Shown here: positions 27,681 to 36,422 of the stretch, in pieces
Position numbering within the stretch: the stretch's first letter is position 1
How the letters are laid out: every line of letters begins with the position of its first letter
From: an uncultured Clostridia bacterium
Lineage (GTDB): Bacteria; Bacillota; Clostridia; Christensenellales; UBA1242
Direction of reading: 5' to 3'
Length of the DNA stretch: 64,000 nucleotides
NCBI GenBank assembly: GCA_934772045.1
Contig: CAKVMH010000002.1
Coordinates: forward strand, 91,062-155,061
Position numbers and translations under genes: made by a program
Notes under the pieces: generated by a model
Databases searched by the model: none
Told to the model about the DNA's origin: nothing
The model's input: the letters and a program-made list of their open reading frames with translations, nothing else

Positions 27681-27730
27681 AAAGCGTAGTTACATGCGAA
27701 TAATTTAATTGCAATATGTTTGCTTGATTA

Positions 27731-27759
27731 TTGACAAAGCCCACAACTTGTGCTAAAAT
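27731..27759 (+). promoter_or_regulatory. SigA-type promoter for the WG-repeat gene pair
   Basis: TTGACA (27731-27736), 17-nt spacer, TAAAAT (27754-27759). Confidence 0.6.
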
Positions 27760-27785
27760 ATAATATATTTTAAGGAGTGTTAGTC

Positions 27786-30197
27786 ATGGCGATGTATTAC
27801 CTTGTTGAACAAAACGGAGAGCATTTTTATGTGGACGCAGGTGGGCGACGCGTTCCAGAAGAAAACTTAAAGGGGGACTTTACTTCGGTCAATTATGACG
27901 CTGATTTGGCTTCAAGTAAAGTTAAAACTATAACTCAAAGTGGCAAATTCGGCTACCAAACATTAGATGGGCAACCTCTTGTTGATTGTGTTTTAGACTA
28001 TGACATTAAAACCGCACAAGGTTTTGTGGATGCAATGTCAAGCCTTAAAGCAAAATATATTCAACTTATCCAACAACATCCAGAGAATAAAGCCAAACTT
28101 AGGCAGGAACTTGAACAAGAGGTTAAAAATCTGCATGGGGCAAGGTTAAAAATTATTGCTCATATGCAAAAGTTGGAAAGGGAAGCAACTGCTGAAAAGG
28201 AAACCGCCAAAACACCTTCCAACACAACAGAAACTGTTTCGCCAGCCAAAACAAACAACGCCACAACTTCAACCGCAACAACGCCTGTAACGACAACCGA
28301 AAGCTCTTCACAAACCAAAACCCCTTTGGGCAATGGCATCACAATGCTTAGGGATACACAAGGTCACTACGGCTATGAAGATAAAGATGGCAACATATTT
28401 ATTCCTTGCGACTTGCCAATAGATGTGTCTGCTCCTTCAAAAACATATAACGCTTCAGTAACAAAACTTTTTGAGGAATGCAAAGTTAAGCTTAATTTAT
28501 GCACACCAAGTGAAAAGCAAGCGTTAATAAATGAATATAAGCAATTGTCAGAACGCATACAGACCGCTAGGCAAGCATACAACAGTAAAGTTAAAGAATT
28601 GAAAACATCAAACAGCACCAGCACAGCTACAGCCGAAACAGCTACAGCAAAAACCGCAGAACCAAGCACAACAGACACCAACAAAGTGGCCGAAACTAAA
28701 GCCAGCACCAGTGAAACCAATAATACAACAGGTAAATTTGGCATAACTATTGTAACTGACTCTAATAGCAAACGTCTACATGTAAAAGACGAAAATGGTA
28801 AAATAGTAAAAGACTATCGATTTATGAGTTTTTCACCTGAAGAAAATGTGTATGTTGTTGAAGGCAAACATATTTTTGATTATGGAGTTTTAAATGCAGA
28901 AGGAAAAGAAATTGTTCCTTGTGGCAAATATGTAAAAATTGGACTTTCCTTTTCTGAAGGCCTTGTGTGGGTTGTGAGCAGAGATGATTATCACATCAAG
29001 TTTATTAATAAAGATGGTAATGTTGTTATAGATTCGGACTATACCGATGCTTCTAACTTTTCCGAAGGCTTTGCCGCTGTTAAAAAAGATGGCAAATGGG
29101 GTTTCATCGATAAAGATGGCAAAAAAATTGGTGAATTTGAATATGATGGTGTCCAGCCTTTTCATGATGGTTTAGCGTTGGTTTCAAAAGACGGAGCAAA
29201 AGGTTTTATCGATAAAGATGGCAAAAAACTCGGTGAAATCGAGTATGACGAAACGTATACTCACAGTTTTACGAATGGATTGGCATGTGTCAAAAAGAAG
29301 AATGGTGAATTTGGTGTAATTGATACAAATGGTAATCCAGTTATAGATTTCGGCAAATATGAGTATATTGGCGATTTTGATCGTGAATATACAAAGGCTA
29401 AAGGGAAAGATGGTAAATATGGCATAATAAATAGAAGTGGTGATCCAATTGTAAAATTTGAATACGATAGCTTGCATATATGTGGCGAAAATCTTGTAGA
29501 AGTGTTTAAAGATGGGAAATATGGTTTTATTGATATACATGGAAACGTAATTGTAGATATCAATTGTATTACTTCAAATATACTTACTCGTGGCTTAGTA
29601 TATTTCAGGAGCAAAGAAAAACAAGGCTTGGTTAATGACGATGGTGTCGTTTCATATTACGATCAAGTTATAGATAGAATGTCCGATGATTTTGTTAGTG
29701 TTAAAAAAGATGGTAAATGGGGTTATGTCAATAAAAAAGGTGAACTCCTTAAAGGTGGCTATATTTATGATAAAACCGAAGATTTTTATTACGAACGAGC
29801 CATTGTTAATATAAATGGTAAATGGGGCTTAATTAATAATGATGGCGACATAATTATAGGTTGTGATTATGATGGAATCCATCAAATCATAAGTGGAAAT
29901 TTTGTTTACGCAGAAAAAGATGGCAAATTTGGCATTTTTGATAGAGATGGCATTGAAATTGTTAAATGTACATTAACAGAGGAAGAGGCCGATGAAGCAA
30001 TTGCTAAACTGAAAGAGGGCACATTTAACCCTGAAGATTATAAGCAGGAAACAGTAGGAGCAAACAGCAAGAGAAACACAGGCATCACTGGTGACGATAA
30101 AAGTTTAACAGATGGTGATGAGGGAGTAACTAGCGACGGTGAAGATGTCACTGATTGCGACGACGGCGTTACTGGTGACGGCGGTATAACTGTCTAA
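27786..30197 (+). CDS. Large WG-repeat (KWG-type beta-propeller repeat) protein
   Basis: More than 10 repeats of the KDGKWGFIDKDGK.i.efeYD type. ATG 27786 is preferred over track GTG 27777 because AAGGAG lies 8 nt upstream. Two T/S-rich linkers. No signal peptide. Confidence 0.8.
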   Translation: MAMYYLVEQNGEHFYVDAGGRRVPEENLKGDFTSVNYDADLASSKVKTITQSGKFGYQTLDGQPLVDCVLDYDIKTAQGFVDAMSSLKAKYIQLIQQHPENKAKLRQELEQEVKNLHGARLKIIAHMQKLEREATAEKETAKTPSNTTETVSPAKTNNATTSTATTPVTTTESSSQTKTPLGNGITMLRDTQGHYGYEDKDGNIFIPCDLPIDVSAPSKTYNASVTKLFEECKVKLNLCTPSEKQALINEYKQLSERIQTARQAYNSKVKELKTSNSTSTATAETATAKTAEPSTTDTNKVAETKASTSETNNTTGKFGITIVTDSNSKRLHVKDENGKIVKDYRFMSFSPEENVYVVEGKHIFDYGVLNAEGKEIVPCGKYVKIGLSFSEGLVWVVSRDDYHIKFINKDGNVVIDSDYTDASNFSEGFAAVKKDGKWGFIDKDGKKIGEFEYDGVQPFHDGLALVSKDGAKGFIDKDGKKLGEIEYDETYTHSFTNGLACVKKKNGEFGVIDTNGNPVIDFGKYEYIGDFDREYTKAKGKDGKYGIINRSGDPIVKFEYDSLHICGENLVEVFKDGKYGFIDIHGNVIVDINCITSNILTRGLVYFRSKEKQGLVNDDGVVSYYDQVIDRMSDDFVSVKKDGKWGYVNKKGELLKGGYIYDKTEDFYYERAIVNINGKWGLINNDGDIIIGCDYDGIHQIISGNFVYAEKDGKFGIFDRDGIEIVKCTLTEEEADEAIAKLKEGTFNPEDYKQETVGANSKRNTGITGDDKSLTDGDEGVTSDGEDVTDCDDGVTGDGGITV

Positions 30198-30212
30198 TAA
30201 AAGGAGAAATTT

Positions 30213-31292
30213 ATGGGAATGTTATCAGATATGAGTAAGTATAATGATTCAGCAATTTATAGTTTAGAACAATACCCTATAAATTATTTTACCAGGGAAG
30301 AGTATACTGAATCGTCAGACTTTTCTGGTTCTGACCTAATATTGGTTGAGAAAAATGGTGTTTATGGATATTTAAACCGCCACACTAGGCGTTTGTTAAA
30401 ACCAGGGCTTGACTATCAAGACGCTTTACCATTTTCATGTGGCAGAGGTGTTGTTAAGCGCAATGGCAAATGGGGTGCAATTGATGAAAAAGGTGATATT
30501 GCGGTTGATTTGATTTATGAATCATTAACAACGTTTGCCGAGGACAAGGCATATTGTAAAATTAATGGGAAATATGGATGCATAGGTTTGAATGGCGAAA
30601 TAATTTTCGAACCGATATATCAATTTTCAGGCACGTACCACGAAGATTTTTGTGCAGTAAAACTTGGCGATCAATGGGGTTATGTAAATAAGGAAGGGAA
30701 TAAGACAAGTGCATTTATATTTGATGGTGCACGTCCATTTTCATGTGGGTTAGCAGGGGTTTTGTTCGATGACAAATGGAATTACATCAATTATTCCGGT
30801 AAAATGGTCATTCAATCACCTATAACAAGCCCTTATCAAGATTGTTGTGATTTTGCTGATGGTTACGCGGCTGTTAAACAAAAGGGTAAATGGGGCTTTA
30901 TTGACACAGATGGTGAAAAGGCAGTACCATGTCGTTATCAAGAAGTTGGCATGTTTAAAGACAATATGTTCCCAGTTAAAAAGAATGATAAGTGGGGCTA
31001 TATTGAAAATACCAATGAAGAAAAATTTGTTGTCCCTTGTATGCTACTATTCCCATTGGCAGAGAATGAAAATTTTGATATGACCGTTATAACTAAAATA
31101 CAAGGTTATTACAAAAAGAAAATTAATAATACTAAATCGCCTGCTCAAATTCAAAAGTATTCAAAAGAATGTGAAAAGGAAGTAGCAAGATACAAAAAAG
31201 CAAGAGAACTTTACAATGAATACATCAAACATCTGGCAGAGTTAGATCGTATGCGCAACAAAGGCTTTAACGACATTGATAATATAGAATAA
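30213..31292 (+). CDS. WG-repeat protein
   Basis: Repeats of the NGKWGAIDEKGD / GDQWGYVNKEGN / KGKWGFIDTDGE type. Charged helical C-terminus. Confidence 0.8.
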   Translation: MGMLSDMSKYNDSAIYSLEQYPINYFTREEYTESSDFSGSDLILVEKNGVYGYLNRHTRRLLKPGLDYQDALPFSCGRGVVKRNGKWGAIDEKGDIAVDLIYESLTTFAEDKAYCKINGKYGCIGLNGEIIFEPIYQFSGTYHEDFCAVKLGDQWGYVNKEGNKTSAFIFDGARPFSCGLAGVLFDDKWNYINYSGKMVIQSPITSPYQDCCDFADGYAAVKQKGKWGFIDTDGEKAVPCRYQEVGMFKDNMFPVKKNDKWGYIENTNEEKFVVPCMLLFPLAENENFDMTVITKIQGYYKKKINNTKSPAQIQKYSKECEKEVARYKKARELYNEYIKHLAELDRMRNKGFNDIDNIE

Positions 31293-31405
31293 ACACAACA
31301 AGGTTTTAAGTTAAATAAAATGGCAACTATTATGCAAAAATGCATTAATTTAGTTGCTTTTTTTACGCCGTTTTTGTAATCTAAAAGGGTATAAAAAGGA
31401 GTTAT

Positions 31406-34048
31406 ATGAAAAAGTATGTTTACTTATTCAGCGAAGGCGACGCAACCATGCGTAATTTGCTTGGTGGTAAAGGCGCAAACCTTGCTGAAATGACAAAAAT
31501 TGGCTTACCAGTGCCACAAGGCTTCACAATTTCAACCGAAGCTTGCACACAATACTATGAAGATGGCAGGCAAATTAACGCTAATATTCAAGCAGAAATT
31601 ATGGAATATATTGCCAAAATGGAAAAAATCACAGGCAAAAAGTTCGGTGATATTGAAAATCCATTGTTGGTTTCAGTTCGTTCAGGTGCTAGGGCATCTA
31701 TGCCAGGCATGATGGACACAATTTTGAACCTTGGTTTGAACGATCAAGTTGTTGAAACATTGTCACGTAAGAGTGGCAACCCTCGTTGGGCATGGGACTG
31801 CTATCGTAGGTTTATCCAAATGTTCAGCGATGTTGTTATGGAAGTTGGCAAAAAGTATTTTGAAAAACTTATCGACCAACTTAAAGCCCGCAAAGGCTAC
31901 ACATCTGACCTTGACATGGACGCAGATGACTTGAAAGAACTTGCAAACGAATTTAAGGCTGAATACAAAAAACAATTGGGCAAAGATTTCCCAGTTGACC
32001 CTAAAGTTCAACTTTTCGAGGCTATCAAAGCAGTTTTCCGCAGTTGGGATAACCCACGTGCTAACATTTATCGTATGGACCACGACATTCCATATAGTTG
32101 GGGTACAGCGGTTAATGTTCAAATGATGGCTTTCGGTAACATGGGCGAAACATCTGGTACAGGTGTTGCATTCACACGTAACCCAGCCACAGGTGAAAAG
32201 GGCTTGATGGGTGAATTTTTGATGAACGCACAAGGCGAAGATGTTGTTGCTGGTGTGCGTACACCTATGCCTATTGCAAAAATGGCGGAAATTTTGCCAG
32301 AATGTTACGAAGAATTTAAGAAAATTTGCGACACTCTTGAACATCACTATCGTGATATGCAAGACATGGAATTTACAATTGAAGACAAAAAACTTTACAT
32401 GCTTCAAACACGTAACGGTAAGCGTACCGCTGCCGCTGCAATCAAAATCGCTTGTGATTTAATCGATGAAGGCATGATAAGTGAAAAGGAAGCATTAATG
32501 CAAATTGATGCTAAATCTTTGGATATGCTTTTGCACCCAACTTTCGACGCTGAAGCACTTAAAAATGCAGATAAAAATAATGTCGTGGGCAAGGGTATTG
32601 CTGCCAGCCCAGGCGCTGCCGCTGGTACAATCGTGTTCACAGCAGAAGACGCTGTTAAAGAAGGCAAAGCAGGCAAAAAAGTGGTTCTTGTCCGCTTGGA
32701 AACCAGCCCAGAAGATATTGAAGGCATGAAATATAGCCAAGGTATTTTGACAGTGCGCGGTGGTCAAACATCACACGCAGCCGTTGTTGCGCGTGGCATG
32801 GGCACATGCTGTGTTTCAGGTTGTGGCGACATCAAAATGGACGAAGAAAACAAATGCTTCACACTTGCTGGCAAAGTTTTCCACGAAGGCGACGCTTTGT
32901 CACTTGACGGCTCAACTGGCAAGATTTACGACTGCATTATCAAAACTGTTCCTGCAGACCCTAACAGCGGTTATTTCGGTCGTATCATGCGTTTGGCAGA
33001 TAAATATAAAGCACTTGGCGTAAAAACTAATGCTGACACACCAAAAGATGCTCAACGCGCACAAGAACTTGGCGCACAAGGCATCGGTTTGTGCCGTACT
33101 GAACACATGTTCTTCGACCCAGCGCGTATCGGTGCATTCCGTGAAATGATTTGCGCAGATACAGTTGAAGAACGTGTGCATGCACTCAATAAAATCGAAC
33201 CTATGCAACAAGCAGACTTTGAAGGCTTGATGGAAGCACTTAAAGGTCAACCTGTTACTATCCGTTTCTTGGATCCACCACTTCACGAATTTGTTCCAAC
33301 CAGTGAAGAAGACATCAAAGAATTGGCACAAACACAAGGCAAAACTGTTGCTCAAATCAAACAACTTATCGCCGATTTACACGAATTTAACCCAATGATG
33401 GGGCACCGTGGTTGCCGTTTGGCAGTTACTTACCCTGAAATTGCCGTTATGCAAACTAAGGCTGTAATTAAAGCTGCCATTGCTGTTCAAAATCGTCATC
33501 CAGACTGGAAAGTTGTTCCAGAAATTATGATTCCACTTGTTGGCGAAATTAAGGAACTTCAATTTGTTAAACGCGTTGTTGTTGACACCGCAGACAAGGT
33601 TATTGCTGACGCAAAATCTAACCTTAAATACGAAGTTGGCACAATGATTGAAATTCCACGCGCAGCATTAACTGCTGACGAAATTGCAAAAGATGCAGAC
33701 TTCTTCTGCTTCGGCACTAACGACTTAACACAAATGACTTTCGGTTTCAGCCGTGACGATGCTGGCAAGTTCTTGCCTTCATATTACGCAAACAAAATTT
33801 ATGAAAGCGACCCATTTGCTCGCCTCGACACAAACGGTGTTGGCAAACTTATGGAACTTTCAATTCAACTTGGCAAATCAACAAATCCAAAACTCCACAC
33901 AGGCATTTGTGGTGAACATGGTGGCGACCCTTCAAGTATTGAATTCTGCCACAAAATTGGCCTTGATTATGTAAGTTGCTCACCATACCGCGTTCCAATC
34001 GCAAGGCTCGCTGCCGCTCAAGCAAACATTAAGTTCCCAAGGAAATAG
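31406..34048 (+). CDS. ppdK: Pyruvate, phosphate dikinase
   Basis: 880 aa. GGKGANLAEM, phospho-His loop GGQTSHAAVVARGMG, and CRTEHMF in the PEP-utilising domain. Confidence 0.97.
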   Translation: MKKYVYLFSEGDATMRNLLGGKGANLAEMTKIGLPVPQGFTISTEACTQYYEDGRQINANIQAEIMEYIAKMEKITGKKFGDIENPLLVSVRSGARASMPGMMDTILNLGLNDQVVETLSRKSGNPRWAWDCYRRFIQMFSDVVMEVGKKYFEKLIDQLKARKGYTSDLDMDADDLKELANEFKAEYKKQLGKDFPVDPKVQLFEAIKAVFRSWDNPRANIYRMDHDIPYSWGTAVNVQMMAFGNMGETSGTGVAFTRNPATGEKGLMGEFLMNAQGEDVVAGVRTPMPIAKMAEILPECYEEFKKICDTLEHHYRDMQDMEFTIEDKKLYMLQTRNGKRTAAAAIKIACDLIDEGMISEKEALMQIDAKSLDMLLHPTFDAEALKNADKNNVVGKGIAASPGAAAGTIVFTAEDAVKEGKAGKKVVLVRLETSPEDIEGMKYSQGILTVRGGQTSHAAVVARGMGTCCVSGCGDIKMDEENKCFTLAGKVFHEGDALSLDGSTGKIYDCIIKTVPADPNSGYFGRIMRLADKYKALGVKTNADTPKDAQRAQELGAQGIGLCRTEHMFFDPARIGAFREMICADTVEERVHALNKIEPMQQADFEGLMEALKGQPVTIRFLDPPLHEFVPTSEEDIKELAQTQGKTVAQIKQLIADLHEFNPMMGHRGCRLAVTYPEIAVMQTKAVIKAAIAVQNRHPDWKVVPEIMIPLVGEIKELQFVKRVVVDTADKVIADAKSNLKYEVGTMIEIPRAALTADEIAKDADFFCFGTNDLTQMTFGFSRDDAGKFLPSYYANKIYESDPFARLDTNGVGKLMELSIQLGKSTNPKLHTGICGEHGGDPSSIEFCHKIGLDYVSCSPYRVPIARLAAAQANIKFPRK

Positions 34049-34069
34049 TACATTATTTTGAGTATGTAT

Positions 34070-34128
34070 TTGTCATTCTGAGCAAAAAACAATGTTTTGA
34101 AGCGAAAAATATTGTGCATAGCACTTTT
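34070..34128 (+). repeat. Hairpin-repeat family member (GTCATTCTGAGCAAA...GAAGCGAAAAAT)
   Basis: Colinear with 7593-7636 apart from a 15-nt insert AAAACAATGTTTTGA. That insert recurs at 15312-15328. Confidence 0.6.
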
Positions 34129-34140
34129 AATGTAAAACAT

Positions 34141-34171
34141 AAAAAATCTCTCTTAACCGAGAGATTTTTTT
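34141..34171 (+). terminator. Intrinsic (bidirectional) terminator after ppdK
   Basis: A6, ATCTCTC-ttaacc-GAGAGAT, then T7. Confidence 0.7.
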
Positions 34172-34285
34172 AAACTATAATTAATCTATAAAGCTGTTGT
34201 TTTAATTGACAAGTCAATAATTGCTAGGTTAATATAGTAATATATTGTTTATAATTTTAACAATATTCAAAAAGAGGGGGAGAAA

Positions 34286-35245
34286 ATGAAAGGTAAAAAA
34301 TTATTGTCGGTATTGGCAGTCGGTGCGCTTGTTGCGCCATTGGCGCTTTGCTTTGCTGGTTGCAAAAAAAAGGATAAAAAGTTTGATATTAATGCTAAGG
34401 AAATTTATGCTGTGTCAGCAGTTTCAAGTGTAAATTATTTGATGAATTTAGAGCAAGATAGTGTAGGCACTAAAACTACAAATATCAAATATTCTAATTC
34501 GACAACATCGGCAACAGAAAGACCATTGGCTTTGTCTAATTCTGATGTGGAGAGCATTAAAGACTGCTTGGAACTTTTTGATTCAGCAATTGCAAGTGGT
34601 AAAGTCAGCCAAACAACAGCAAAAAATAATAATCCTACCGATGAATTTGCAACATATACTTTTGTTATGACTATCAATTTGCCCGGGTTGAATGAAAGTT
34701 TTAAAATGTACTATAATGAAGTTGAAACGAAAACCAATCGTAAAATTGAGGACGAAAAAGAAGAGGTTGAAGTATCAACTACACTTGAAGGGGTTATGGC
34801 GGTTGGAGAAACACGTTTTGATATGACTGGTAAACGTGAATTCGAGCAAGAAGGCAATGAAAAAGAATCTTCAATTGAGTTTACAACAAAAAGCAGAACA
34901 AATAGCCAAAACTATGTTGTGATTGAACAATCTGTTGAAGAAGAAAATGGAGAAACAGAACTTGAATATGAATATCAAGTTTACAATAACGGAACAAAAG
35001 TTTTGGATTTGGAAACAGAAATAGAATTTAAAAATGACAAAATAGAACTTGAATTTAAATTAAAGAATTTAACAAGTGGCATGTTGGAAAAAACATTGTA
35101 TAAAATAACAAAAGGAAATGCGAAAGATGTATTCAATGTAAGTTACACTGTTAACAACACAACAGACACATTTGTTGCACAAAAAACAACAACAGGATAC
35201 ACATTTACTTATTCCAATCAGTTTAGTGAAGAAATTAAGTTTTAA
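34286..35245 (+). CDS. Lipoprotein, E/K-rich, unknown function
   Basis: Signal peptide with lipobox LALCFAGC. RBS GAGGGGGAG. Confidence 0.75.
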   Translation: MKGKKLLSVLAVGALVAPLALCFAGCKKKDKKFDINAKEIYAVSAVSSVNYLMNLEQDSVGTKTTNIKYSNSTTSATERPLALSNSDVESIKDCLELFDSAIASGKVSQTTAKNNNPTDEFATYTFVMTINLPGLNESFKMYYNEVETKTNRKIEDEKEEVEVSTTLEGVMAVGETRFDMTGKREFEQEGNEKESSIEFTTKSRTNSQNYVVIEQSVEEENGETELEYEYQVYNNGTKVLDLETEIEFKNDKIELEFKLKNLTSGMLEKTLYKITKGNAKDVFNVSYTVNNTTDTFVAQKTTTGYTFTYSNQFSEEIKF

Positions 35246-35263
35246 TTTATTTAAAGTTTAGTT

Positions 35264-35297
35264 AAAAGAAATCTCTCAGTTAAGAGAGATTTTTTTG
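35264..35297 (+). terminator. Intrinsic terminator after the lipoprotein gene
   Basis: ATCTCTC-agttaa-GAGAGAT followed by T7. It is close to the reverse complement of 34141..34171. Confidence 0.7.
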
Positions 35298-35328
35298 TAA
35301 TGTTAAATTTATTTGACCTCTAGGGAGA

Positions 35329-35376
35329 TAAAAAACACAAGTTGTATGAGCTTGTGTTTTCGAGTGGTCCCGAAGG
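35329..35376 (-). repeat. Duplicate of the tRNA-Leu 3' end (12 nt) plus its terminator
   Basis: AAAAACACAAG...CTTGTGTTTTCGAGTGGTCCCGAAGG occurs again at 35494-35541, where it is part of the intact tRNA. Confidence 0.8.
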
Positions 35377-35528
35377 CGAGTAGCGTTAAAAAAGTTGCCA
35401 CAATTGGCAAGTTTTAGCGTGACGAGTGCGAATGTTTACATGAGCTGGACTCGGTCGAACTTGTTTGACCCCGACCGAAACGTATTAAAAGAATAAAAAC
35501 ACAAGTTTATACAACTTGTGTTTTCGAG

Positions 35529-35614
35529 TGGTCCCGAAGGTCGGGGTCGAACCGACATGATATTGCTATCGCAAGATTTTGAGTCTTGTGCGTCTGCCAT
35601 TTCGCCACTTCGGG
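35529..35614 (-). tRNA. tRNA-Leu (anticodon CAA), CCA encoded
   Basis: Manual cloverleaf. Acceptor CCCGAAG/CTTCGGG. Anticodon stem CAAGA/TCTTG with loop CTCAAAA. Long variable arm GATA-gcaa-TATC. T arm GTCGG-TTCGACC-CCGAC. Confidence 0.9.
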
Positions 35615-35685
35615 ATAGGTAATTAAGATGTACGATGAATTAACTAATTGACCAGTGTTTCAGCACAAGACAATTAGGGTTCCCA

Positions 35686-35780
35686 CCGCAACAAGTTGCG
35701 GAAGGGATAAGGAACAACCAAACAAAGGTTGAGATTGCGAACTTGCAGAGCAATCGCACAATAAGTGCAGGTTGTGACGC
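35686..35780. repeat. Unclassified structured element, copy B (module 2, opposite orientation to copy A)
   Basis: Shares blocks with the reverse complement of copy A: AAGGAACAACCAA (35709-35721), TTGAG, CAGGTTGTGACGC (35768-35780). Hairpins sit at equivalent positions but have different sequences. Confidence 0.6.
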
Positions 35781-35827
35781 GCGTCTGCCATTTCGCGATT
35801 GGGCGAAGGATTTTTCGCCACTTCGGG
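35781..35827 (-). pseudogene. tRNA-Leu 5'-half copy (acceptor and D arm) with a 22-nt insertion
   Basis: Reverse strand CCCGAAGTGGCGAA[aaatccttcgcccaatcgcgaa]ATGGCAGACGC matches nt 1-25 of the intact tRNA-Leu. No anticodon or T arm follows. Confidence 0.75.
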
Positions 35828-35882
35828 TTATATCATTAAGATGTTCGAAGTGACGAAGGAATTTTCGTCACTTCTAAACATT

Positions 35883-35957
35883 TGGAGGCACCAACCAGAT
35901 TTGAACTGGTGAGTGAAGGTTTTGCAGACCTTTGCCTTACCACTTGGCGATGGTGCC
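35883..35957 (-). tRNA. tRNA-Cys (anticodon GCA), CCA encoded
   Basis: Manual cloverleaf. Acceptor GGCACCA/TGGTGCC. Anticodon stem AAGGT/ACCTT with loop CTGCAAA. T arm ACCAG-TTCAAAT-CTGGT. Confidence 0.9.
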
Positions 35958-36200
35958 TTATAGTTATTGTGTGCAATGTGTGCTTAAAACTCTATTAGTA
36001 TATATGAAAAATAAAAAAAATGCAACACTTTTTGTTAAACTTTTCAAAATTCATTAATTTGTCTTATTGTGTTAGTGTTTTCAATTTTGTTTGAAAAGTA
36101 AGAAAAAGTTTACTATTAGTTGGTTTTGCTTGACCTAGGTGTAATATTAAATTAATATAGTTATATAAAATATAGGAAGAGATTTTTTAAGGAGTGGTTT

Positions 36201-36422
36201 ATGGCAGGTAAAAATCCAAAGCAGGACAAATTTTTATGGACTGTTAAAGTGAGCGAAAAGGGGCAGATAGTGATCCCCAAGCAGGCGCGTGAAGAGTTTG
36301 ACATAAAAGAAGGCGACACACTTTTGTTGCTCGGTGATAAGCAAAAGGGTATAGCAATCGCAAAATATGATGATTATTTAAAGTTTGCGGAAGCAATTTT
36401 TAAAGCAAACAAGGGGGAGTAG
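36201..36422 (+). CDS. AbrB/SpoVT-family DNA-binding protein
   Basis: GQIVIPKQAREEFDIKEGDTLLLLGD swapped-hairpin motif. 73 aa. Confidence 0.8.
   Translation: MAGKNPKQDKFLWTVKVSEKGQIVIPKQAREEFDIKEGDTLLLLGDKQKGIAIAKYDDYLKFAEAIFKANKGE

Noticed and set aside
27663-27690. CTGATGAG string suggestive of a hammerhead ribozyme core
   Set aside because: It is the loop and 3' arm of a simple 7-bp hairpin (GGTACTC-tgat-GAGTACC). There is no GAAA/stem II/stem III arrangement or cleavage-site context.
31763-32407. 214-aa minus-strand ORF and several other ORFs inside ppdK
   Set aside because: They are entirely embedded antisense or out of frame in a well-conserved 880-aa ppdK. Composition is Cys/His/Phe-rich and typical of shadow ORFs. 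The same reasoning applies to the other embedded track ORFs in murE, the PBP, ABC-F, priA, pcrA and others.
35672-35692. AATTAGGGTTCCCACCGC resembles the T-box consensus AATTAGGGTGGTACCGCG
   Set aside because: The essential TGGN that pairs with the tRNA NCCA end is missing. No Stem I, specifier or AG-bulge features are present. No aminoacyl-tRNA synthetase or transporter gene lies downstream in either orientation.
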